Below, one piece after another: positions 44,540-53,073 of a stretch of 64,000 nucleotides of DNA. This stretch comes from an uncultured Alphaproteobacteria bacterium. GTDB taxonomy: Bacteria > Pseudomonadota > Alphaproteobacteria > JAJFIK01. Positions within the stretch are counted from its first letter, which is position 1, and the number at the start of each line of letters is the position of its first letter. The translations under genes and the position numbers were made by a program. The notes under the pieces were generated by a model that did no database searches, was not told the DNA's origin, and was given only the letters and a program-made list of their open reading frames with translations. The stretch spans positions 9,623 to 73,622 of the forward strand of contig CAZVEE010000001.1 in the NCBI GenBank assembly GCA_964625525.1. Reading direction: 5' to 3'.

Positions 44540-46072
44540 GTGACACACCGGTATCGTCCCCAAACCGGCGCGCGGGCGCGTGCTGCGGTGGTTTCTCAGG
44601 CAGAGCGCACGGGGCCCGTGCGGCTGCTGATCGGGGGCCTCGCCCTCGTGGCGGCGCTTCTCTGGAGCGTCTCGGCGGTGTTGGCGCGGCCGGCGCCCGA
44701 CAGCTTTGCCGATCTGGTGGAGGGCCTCTCCCCGGCGGTGGTGAACATTTCCACCACGCAGCGGGTGGGCGGTGAGGCCGGCGGCATGGGCCGTGGGCAA
44801 GGGCCGGGTGCAGGTCCGGGCGATTCGCCCTTCGATGAGTTTTTCCGGGAGTTTTTCGGCGACCGGCTGCCCCGGGGTGGAGAGCGCGAAGTGCGCTCGC
44901 TGGGCTCGGGCTTTGTGATTGATCCCTCGGGCTACATCGTCACCAACAATCACGTGGTGGGCGAAGCCACCGGGATCCAGGTGACGTTCAGCAACGACTT
45001 GGTGTTGGATGCCACCGTGGTGGGCAATGACGAAGCCACGGATCTGGCGGTCATCAAGGTCAATCACGACGAACCGCTCCCCCATGTCAGCTTCGGCAAT
45101 TCCGACACGGCGCGCGTGGGCGATTGGGTCATGGCCATCGGCAATCCCTTTGGCTTGGGCGGTTCGGTGTCGGCCGGCATCGTGTCGGCGCGCAACCGCA
45201 ATATCGGCGCCGGTCGGTATGACGACTTCATCCAGACGGATGCGGCCATCAATCGCGGCAATTCGGGGGGGCCGTTGTTCAACACGGCCGGCGAGGTGAT
45301 CGGTGTAAACACTGTCATCATCACACCCACCGGCGCGTCCGTGGGCGTGGGCTTTGCAATTTCGTCGGCACTGGCACGCGGTGTGGTGGACCAGCTCATC
45401 GAATTTGGCGAGACCCGCCGGGGCTGGCTCGGTGTTCAGATCCAGCGCGTTAATGAGGACATCGCCGAAAGCTTTGGTCTGGCGGATGCCAAGGGCGCGG
45501 TTGTGTCCGGCGTCAGCCAGGGCAGCCCGGCGGCCGCCGGCGGCGTGCAGATGGGCGATGTGATCCTGAGCTTTGACGGCGAAACGGTCGGCAATGAACG
45601 GGATCTGTCACGCATCGTGGCCGGCACACCCATTGGCAAGAGCGTCTCGGTGGTGGTCTGGCGGGAAGGCGCGCGGCGCACGCTGAGCGTGGAAATTGGC
45701 GAGCTGAACGAGGAAAAACTCGCCAATTTCCGCCCTGTGGGAGCCTCGGGCGGTGAAAGCGGCGCAGAGCGGGAGCTGACCAATCTGGGCGTGACCTTAA
45801 GTGAGCTTGATGAGCGGCTGCGGGATCGCTTCGATGTGTCCGAGAGCATCACTGGTGTGCTGGTGACAGAGGTCGATCCGGATGGTCCTGCCTCGGGCCA
45901 GCTCTATCGGGGCGATGTGATTGTCCAGGTCCAGCAAACGGACGTGACCGCGCCGTCTGAGGTGGAAGACAAGCTGACCAGCCGCAATACGGCGTCGGAA
46001 AAACCGGTGCTGTTCCTGGTGAACCGGGGCGGGCAGTTGACCTTCGTGGCGTTTCGGCCCGAGGACGGCTGA
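44540..46072 (+). CDS. degP: periplasmic serine endoprotease, DegP/DegQ/HtrA family
   Basis: Signal anchor. Catalytic contexts TNNHVV (His), DLAVIKV (Asp), GNSGGPLF (Ser). Two PDZ-like regions. GTG start. Confidence 0.9.
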   Translation: MTHRYRPQTGARARAAVVSQAERTGPVRLLIGGLALVAALLWSVSAVLARPAPDSFADLVEGLSPAVVNISTTQRVGGEAGGMGRGQGPGAGPGDSPFDEFFREFFGDRLPRGGEREVRSLGSGFVIDPSGYIVTNNHVVGEATGIQVTFSNDLVLDATVVGNDEATDLAVIKVNHDEPLPHVSFGNSDTARVGDWVMAIGNPFGLGGSVSAGIVSARNRNIGAGRYDDFIQTDAAINRGNSGGPLFNTAGEVIGVNTVIITPTGASVGVGFAISSALARGVVDQLIEFGETRRGWLGVQIQRVNEDIAESFGLADAKGAVVSGVSQGSPAAAGGVQMGDVILSFDGETVGNERDLSRIVAGTPIGKSVSVVVWREGARRTLSVEIGELNEEKLANFRPVGASGGESGAERELTNLGVTLSELDERLRDRFDVSESITGVLVTEVDPDGPASGQLYRGDVIVQVQQTDVTAPSEVEDKLTSRNTASEKPVLFLVNRGGQLTFVAFRPEDG

Positions 46073-46100
46073 GCCGATCCCCTGACCATGTGACGAGCGA

Positions 46101-46139
46101 CCGGGCGTCTTCCACAAGGGGGCGCCCGGTTTGCATTTG
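46101..46139 (+). terminator. probable terminator after degP
   Basis: CCGGGCG...CGCCCGG stem followed by TTTGCATTT. The loop is long, so confidence is moderate. Confidence 0.5.
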
Positions 46140-46251
46140 GACGGTGCCGTTAGTGGCAAAAAACCGTCCGGTGTGAAGAGGATGTCATCAATCCGCGTCT
46201 TTCCCCTGTGCCATTTCGGGTCTACGCTAGGACCTGAGATGAGGAGGGATC

Positions 46252-46953
46252 ATGACGCAACGGATGGCACCCGTTCCTTATGAGTCCACGGCGCGGTCCG
46301 CGGTGAGCGATGCCGGGGCCGTGGTCGGGCCACCCTTGGCGCCCGGTTTCTCCGAGCGGGTCTTTTCCGATGATTTCTCGCCCGAGGTGGTGCCTTTGCT
46401 GCGCACGGGCCCTTTTGCAGGGCTACGCCGGGCCTTGGGGCTGTTTCTGATCACCGTGGCGCCGGCACTCAATGCGGGGCTGCTGCTGTGCCTGTTTTCC
46501 GGTCGTTTTGAGTGGACACCGCTGTTCCAGAGCTTGCTCGGACAAGTGCATGCGGCGGCGGTGGGGCTCTGGTCCTGGCTGCCCTTCGCTGTCACGGGGC
46601 GCGGTGCGCTGTTTCTGACCCTCTTTGCCGTGTTGATGCTGCCGTTGAGCCTGCATCTGTCCATGAGCGGCAGTCTGGCCGCGCGGGAGCGGCGGTGGAC
46701 TGACGCGGCGGGATATGCGCTTTATCTGGCGGTAGCGACCTTTGTGGGCATCGGCGTGGCGGTGAATGCGGCGGTGATTGTCGAGAATTTCTGGTTCATG
46801 TGGCTCGTCGCCTTTTTCATCGGCGTTTCGCTCATTCTGGTGGCGCTGGAGGATGGTCCGTTATTTGACCGTTATCTGGCCCAGCTGTGCCTGACCATCC
46901 TGTTGTTTACGGCGGGGATGGGCGTTGGCGTGCCGGCAGGCCTCTTCAGGTAG
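46252..46953 (+). CDS. hypothetical polytopic membrane protein
   Basis: Strong SD (GAGGAGGG) before the ATG. About 5-6 hydrophobic segments. I recognise no family motif. Confidence 0.6.
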   Translation: MTQRMAPVPYESTARSAVSDAGAVVGPPLAPGFSERVFSDDFSPEVVPLLRTGPFAGLRRALGLFLITVAPALNAGLLLCLFSGRFEWTPLFQSLLGQVHAAAVGLWSWLPFAVTGRGALFLTLFAVLMLPLSLHLSMSGSLAARERRWTDAAGYALYLAVATFVGIGVAVNAAVIVENFWFMWLVAFFIGVSLILVALEDGPLFDRYLAQLCLTILLFTAGMGVGVPAGLFR

Positions 46954-46985
46954 GGCCCTGCGCGCCGTTTCACTCAAGACCAGGT

Positions 46986-47060
46986 CATTGAAACGGCTCT
47001 CATTGAAACGGCTCTCATTGAAACGGCTCTCATTGAAATGGCTCTCATTGAAATGGCTCT
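46986..47060. repeat. perfect tandem repeat, 5 x 15 bp (CATTGAAACGGCTCT x3, CATTGAAATGGCTCT x2)
   Basis: Read directly from the sequence. Units abut without spacers. Lies in the 166-bp spacer between convergent genes (46953 and 47120). Confidence 0.97.
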
Positions 47061-47119
47061 CAGTCCTTGGTTTGGCGCGCTTTCCCGGCGACAAACCACA
47101 CCGGTGTCCGAAAAGCGCT

Positions 47120-48037
47120 CTAGGCGCCACGCCCGGCGAACTCCGCCTGCTTGAAGCCCTGCAAATAAAGGAGCGCCGTTAAGTCGCCGTGGTCGATGCG
47201 CACATGCGCTTCTGCTGCAACAGCGGGTTTGGCGTGATACGCGACGCCTGTGCCGGCCGCGCCGAGCATGGCCAAGTCATTGGCGCCGTCGCCCACCGCC
47301 ATGGTTTCCGGCACCAGAATATCCCTCTGGGTGGCGATGGCCTGAAGCGCATAGGCCTTGGCCTGACGTCCAAGCACCGGCGGGACAACCTTCCCCGTGA
47401 GCTTGCCGTTCGCATCCACATCCAGCTCGTTGGCCTGGGTCCAGTGAAAGCCCAGCGCTTCGCCGACCCGTTCGGTGAAGAAGGAAAAGCCGCCGGAAAC
47501 CAGCGCGGTAAAGGCACCATGGGCACGCATGGTGGCGACCAGGACCTGCGCGCCCGGCGTGAAGCGGACCCGGTCCGCGTAGACGCCCTCCAGGCGTTCG
47601 GTGTCGAGGCCTTTGAGCAAGGAGACCCGCTCGTTCAGCGCGGCCTCGAAATCCAGGTCACCATTCATGGCCCGCTCGGTGATGGCGGAGACCTCGGCTC
47701 GAATGCCGATCAGGTCGGCGATTTCGTCGATGCACTCCACGGCAATCATGGTGGAATCCATGTCCGCGACCAGCAGCCGCTTGCGCCGGGTGCGCGCATG
47801 CTGGATAGCCATATCGAGCGGGGCGGTGGCCAGCGCCGTGCGTAAGGCGGTCATGGTCGGCGCGAGGTCCGCCTGCGGCACCTGACAGGGAATGTCGCAA
47901 GCGACGTCGGGGGCCAGCCATTGCGGCTCACCAGTGGCCGTCCCCCCATCTTCTAGGGCCGCGCGGGCTTGGGTGATCAAGCTGTCGCTCAGCGCCGGAT
48001 CGGACGGGTTTGAGATCAGCGTGACGATATGGGCCAT
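47120..48037 (-). CDS. serB: phosphoserine phosphatase
   Basis: HAD motifs LLVADMDSTMI (DxDST), SGGF, GDGANDLAM. N-terminal ACT-like region. Start taken at ATG 48037 (MAHIVTL). Confidence 0.85.
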   Translation of the reverse strand: MAHIVTLISNPSDPALSDSLITQARAALEDGGTATGEPQWLAPDVACDIPCQVPQADLAPTMTALRTALATAPLDMAIQHARTRRKRLLVADMDSTMIAVECIDEIADLIGIRAEVSAITERAMNGDLDFEAALNERVSLLKGLDTERLEGVYADRVRFTPGAQVLVATMRAHGAFTALVSGGFSFFTERVGEALGFHWTQANELDVDANGKLTGKVVPPVLGRQAKAYALQAIATQRDILVPETMAVGDGANDLAMLGAAGTGVAYHAKPAVAAEAHVRIDHGDLTALLYLQGFKQAEFAGRGA

Positions 48038-48086
48038 GGGCTGGGTCCGGACAGTTGTGCGCGCGGTGAAACAGGAAAGGACGGCC

Positions 48087-49016
48087 ATGACGGAAGGCGT
48101 CCGCACGGTGCTTATCGCAGGGCCGACCGCGAGCGGCAAGTCCGCGCTGGCGCTGCGCCTCGCCGCGCGCTGGGGGGGCGTGATCGTGAATGCCGACAGT
48201 ATGCAGGTGTATAGCGATCTGCGCGTGTTGACCGCCCGGCCAAGCGCTGCGGAAGAGGCGCAAGCGCCGCATCGACTTTACGGCGTGCTCGACGGCGCGC
48301 AGCGCTGCTCGGCGGGCGCCTATGCGGCGCTTGCGCGCGAGACGCTGGAGACGCTGGCGCGGGCGGGGAAGCGGGCGATCCTTGTCGGGGGGACGGGGCT
48401 CTATTTTCGCGCGCTCACCGAGGGGTTGTCGCCCATGCCCGCCATTGCGCCCAGCGTCAAGGCCCAGGCGGCGGACCTCTTAAGCGAGAGCGGGGCTGCG
48501 GGGTTGCATGCCTGGCTGCTGGAGCGCGATCCCCAAAGCGCCGCTGGAGTGCGGCCATCGGATCCCCAACGGCTGTTGCGGGCCGCGGAACTGCTATTGG
48601 CGACGGGTGAGGGGCTTGCCGCCTGGCAGGCGCGCCCGGGGCAGCCGGTGTTAGCTGGCGCGCCGGTGCAGGTGGTGTTGAGCGCGCCGCGCGCCTGGCT
48701 TCATGCTCGCGCCGAGGCACGCTTTGCCGCCATGCTTGCGGCCGGCGCCGTGGCGGAAGTCGAGGCGCTGCGCGCCCGCGCCCTCGATCCGGGGCTACCG
48801 GTGATGAAGGCAGTCGGCGTGCCGGAACTAAGCGCCTATCTGGACGGCGCGCTGGATCTGGAGAGCGCCGGTTCCCGCGCAGCGATCGCGACCCGCCAGT
48901 TCATCAAGCGCCAGGAGACATGGTTCCGTAATCAGATGGGCGCCTGGGCTCGGGTGCCTGCAGATGATCCCGATAGCGCCTTGGCGGCGCTGGAGAAAAT
49001 GCTGTCCGTGCATTGA
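48087..49016 (+). CDS. miaA: tRNA dimethylallyltransferase
   Basis: IAGPTASGKSALAL P-loop, DSMQVY, GGTGLYF. ATG 48087 follows AGGAAAGG. Divergent from serB across a 49-bp spacer. Confidence 0.9.
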   Translation: MTEGVRTVLIAGPTASGKSALALRLAARWGGVIVNADSMQVYSDLRVLTARPSAAEEAQAPHRLYGVLDGAQRCSAGAYAALARETLETLARAGKRAILVGGTGLYFRALTEGLSPMPAIAPSVKAQAADLLSESGAAGLHAWLLERDPQSAAGVRPSDPQRLLRAAELLLATGEGLAAWQARPGQPVLAGAPVQVVLSAPRAWLHARAEARFAAMLAAGAVAEVEALRARALDPGLPVMKAVGVPELSAYLDGALDLESAGSRAAIATRQFIKRQETWFRNQMGAWARVPADDPDSALAALEKMLSVH

Positions 49017-49089
49017 CCTGGCAACCTCTCTCCGCCACAGTGCGCATTATTCGGGATATCCGGGCGCCTTGTACCGCAGCGGATATCGT

Positions 49090-49129
49090 CAGACAGGCGA
49101 GACGCGCAACAGACAGGCGAGACGCGCAC
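49090..49129. repeat. tandem duplication, 2 x 20 bp (CAGACAGGCGAGACGCGCA[A/C])
   Basis: Read directly. 19 of 20 positions are identical. Confidence 0.95.
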
Positions 49130-49158
49130 TGGAATAGCTTGGCCGACTTGGCTCAAGC

Positions 49159-49196
49159 CTCTAAAGCGCCATCGGACCTCCAAAGCGCCATCGGAT
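49159..49196. repeat. tandem duplication, 2 x 19 bp (CTCTAAAGCGCCATCGGAC / CTCCAAAGCGCCATCGGAT)
   Basis: Read directly. 17 of 19 positions are identical. Lies 30 nt after the first duplication. Confidence 0.9.
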
Positions 49197-49443
49197 TAAG
49201 CAAGGGTTCTGCGGTTGATGCACTCCGCGACCAGCACGGTAACCGGACAAGGGACCTGGCCAACCAGCCAGGCACGCCCCCATCCGGCCGTGTGCCTTGC
49301 TCAACTCCGCCCGGCTGCGGTGAAACCGGCCGGTCTCCGCCTTGTGGCAGGCGTATCGATTTACGCCACATCCTCTGCCCACTGACGCCCGAAACTGCCG
49401 CTAGGCATTCTTTTCAAACAGGTTCGATCAGCGGGTAGAGACC

Positions 49444-49845
49444 ATGACAAGCCATGGCCCTGAAAACATGTGTGCGCCCTCCTTCGAAGTGGCCCCCGAG
49501 CGTCGCATCACCCTATCGGTGGTGATCGAGGACGCGCCGGGTCTCGCACGCCGTCTGGCCGGGGTTCTGGGATGGCGCGGTTATGCCTTTGAGCGGGTCG
49601 TGACCCAAGACGAGCGGGATGGCCCGGGCGCGGCGCGGCTGCAACTGGTGTTCACCGCGCGGGAAGAAGATGCCCAGGTGCTGGAAGCGCTGATCGCAGC
49701 CTATGGCCCGGTCAAGGCGGTGCGCCGGCTCTACACCGCGCCCGTGATGGCCCAGCGGAGCGAGCCCTGGACGAATAGTGCGATGCGGGTTGTGGGTGAT
49801 GTTCTAGGCCGGTCCGAGCAAACCCCTGAACCTGTGGCTATCTAA
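49444..49845 (+). CDS. ACT-domain protein (IlvN/IlvH regulatory-subunit-like), orphan
   Basis: ITLSVVIEDAPGLARRLAGVLGWRGYAFERVV...LQLVF..EEDAQVLEALIAAYGPVKAV follows the beta-alpha-beta-beta-alpha-beta ACT pattern of acetolactate synthase small subunits. G/C-ending codon bias supports coding. The SD is weak. Confidence 0.55.
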   Translation: MTSHGPENMCAPSFEVAPERRITLSVVIEDAPGLARRLAGVLGWRGYAFERVVTQDERDGPGAARLQLVFTAREEDAQVLEALIAAYGPVKAVRRLYTAPVMAQRSEPWTNSAMRVVGDVLGRSEQTPEPVAI

Positions 49846-50289
49846 GCCTGGTCGCCCGTCAGTTGCGGCGCGCCCGCAACACCGGACCAAAAAGCGCGCC
49901 TTTTTGCGCGGCTTGGTCATATGACCACGAAAAGGCCGCATGGCGGGCTAGCGCAGCTTGTCCAAAATCGAACAAAATCTTGCTTAGCAATGGGGCATGA
50001 GATTTAGTCCTCATACCCCGGCGGCCCTTGGCGGGGCTTGCATCGCGCGGGTTTACCACTCCTTCAAGCTCGCCATGTCTGGTGAGCTGAGTCCCGATGT
50101 CGCGGCACCGGGTTTGAGGCGGGGAATGGGTCCTGCGGGTGACGTCTGAGCGAATCCCGGCCAAGATCCCGCATGTTCTCGGATTGGGTTGGACTTCGGG
50201 ACTGAGTTCGGCTCTTGCGGGTGCGCAGAGTGTTGGGAAAGCCTGTTCGGTGGCCGCATACACCATGCGGCAGGCAGCGTGGGCAATAA

Positions 50290-51414
<1,125 letters not shown>

Positions 51415-51573
51415 GCGGCGAACGCACCGTAAGACTGTCGTGAGTGGGTGGCGGGGGTCGTTTGTAGAGGCGGAAGGGTCCCGCAGTCGCGTATAGAGCG
51501 GCTGATCGGACCGCGCCTTATCGTCGATTGGGGGCCGCCGCCGGTGTTTGATCAGTCTCACTCATCCGACCGC

Positions 51574-52497
51574 ATGCACTCCGCAGCCCGGTTTGTCTCC
51601 CACCGGGCGTTTCTCTTGATTCTGATTTTTCTCGCCGTGGCCATGCTGTTTCTGGGCCGCGCGGACAGCCAGTCCTTGAATGCGCTGCGCAATCGCACGG
51701 CCGAGGCCCTGGTGGGCGTGTTCGAGCTGTTCACGTCCCCGGTGACCGCTGTCATGGGGGCCCTGGATGGGGCCCACAACATGCTTCTGGTTTATGAGGA
51801 TAACGAGCGCCTGCGCCGAGAAAATGAGCGGCTGATGCAGTGGAAAGCGCTCGCCGAACAGCTCCAGGGCACGGTGGCGCGGTACAACGACTTGCTCAAT
51901 GTGGCGCTGGAGCCAGGGATTGGCTTTGTCACCGGACGGGCGGTCAGTGACAGCGGCACAGCGTTTATTCGGACTCTGATCGTGAATGTGGGTCAGAAGC
52001 AGGGCGTGTCGTACGGTCAGGCGGTGATCAACGACCGTGGTCTCGTCGGCTGGATCATGGGGGCGGGCGAGGATGCCTCACGGGTGCTGATGGTGTCCGA
52101 CTTCAACAGTCGGATCCCCGTGAAAATCGGCGAGCAGGGCTACCGCGCCATCATGATCGGCGACAACTCTTCCAAACCGCGCTTGGAATTCCTCATGGCG
52201 ATCGGGGAAGTGGAGCCGGGTGCCGCCGTGATGACGTCGGGTGATGAAGGCGTGTTACCGCCGGGGCTGCCGGTCGGCGTCATCAAAGGCCGCGATCGGC
52301 TTGGTCGGTATCGGGTCAGCTGGGCGGCCGGTGAAGGCCCGATCGATTATGTTCGCGTGCTGAACTATGACTTCCCGCGCGATGTGGACGTGATTGAAGA
52401 AGATCTGCCCGAACAGCTCCAGCGCGATAATGCCGCGGAAACGGACCCTGCCGAGGCGGCCGAGCCTGAAGCACCCGCAGAGGCGGCGGCGCCATGA
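51574..52497 (+). CDS. mreC: rod shape-determining protein MreC
   Basis: TM anchor (AFLLILIFLAVAMLFLG), coiled-coil LRRENERLMQW, beta-rich C-terminal domains. The start is uncertain (the ORF is open from 51448). Confidence 0.8.
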   Translation: MHSAARFVSHRAFLLILIFLAVAMLFLGRADSQSLNALRNRTAEALVGVFELFTSPVTAVMGALDGAHNMLLVYEDNERLRRENERLMQWKALAEQLQGTVARYNDLLNVALEPGIGFVTGRAVSDSGTAFIRTLIVNVGQKQGVSYGQAVINDRGLVGWIMGAGEDASRVLMVSDFNSRIPVKIGEQGYRAIMIGDNSSKPRLEFLMAIGEVEPGAAVMTSGDEGVLPPGLPVGVIKGRDRLGRYRVSWAAGEGPIDYVRVLNYDFPRDVDVIEEDLPEQLQRDNAAETDPAEAAEPEAPAEAAAP

Positions 52498-53018
52498 GGC
52501 AGTACACCCAGACCGCCACGCCACAAGCCGCCCGGATTCTCATCACCATGGCCATGGTGGGGCTGGCAGCCCTGAGCGTCATTCTCAATGCTCTGCCGCT
52601 GGCGCCAGCCTCGGACATGCGCTGGGTGCCGTCTTTTACGCTGATCCTGATTTTCTATTGGGCGGTGCATCAGCCGGATGTGTTTCCCCGCTGGCTCGCC
52701 TTCGTGACGGGTCTCTTTCAAGATTTGCTGTCAGGTGGCCCGATCGGGCTCTGGGCGCTGACTTATCTGTGCGTCTATGAGGGCGTCTACATGAACCGGC
52801 TATTTTTCGTTGGTCGCGCCGCTTATTCGAGCCTGCTGGGGTTCATGCTGGCGGCGGCGGCGGCCGGTCTGCTCGCCTGGCTGATCGCCAGCGTAAAGTT
52901 TTGGCAGGTTCTGTCGCCGCTTCCCATTGCCGGCCAAACAGTGGTCACCATCCTGGTCTATCCTCTCTTGGCGGCCGGGCTTGGTCTCATCAACCGGGCC
53001 ATGGGGCCTGAGGTCTGA
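52494..53018 (+). CDS. mreD: rod shape-determining protein MreD
   Basis: Small polytopic membrane protein. ATGA overlap with mreC. Position before mrdA. Confidence 0.8.
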   Translation: MRQYTQTATPQAARILITMAMVGLAALSVILNALPLAPASDMRWVPSFTLILIFYWAVHQPDVFPRWLAFVTGLFQDLLSGGPIGLWALTYLCVYEGVYMNRLFFVGRAAYSSLLGFMLAAAAAGLLAWLIASVKFWQVLSPLPIAGQTVVTILVYPLLAAGLGLINRAMGPEV

Positions 53019-53073
53019 TCCGGCGGCGCGCCCCGTCGCCGCCTTATGAACGAGCAACGAGTACGCGAACGCC

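Noticed and set aside
46986-47060. Possible CRISPR array.
   Set aside because: The repeats are only 15 bp and directly abutting with no spacers. There is no leader and no cas genes anywhere in the window.
46861-47130. 89-aa minus-strand ORF that would translate the 15-bp repeats as ESHFN/ESRFN pentapeptide repeats.
   Set aside because: It overlaps the 3' ends of both flanking genes and has no SD. The rest of the product is Arg/Pro-rich noise. The open frame is an automatic consequence of a 15-bp unit without stops.
49013-49438. 141-aa TTG-initiated ORF spanning the whole miaA-ACT spacer.
   Set aside because: Off-frame-like composition (R, P, G, S rich). It overlaps the miaA stop, contains both tandem duplications in frame by coincidence of an open frame, and has no SD or recognisable motif.
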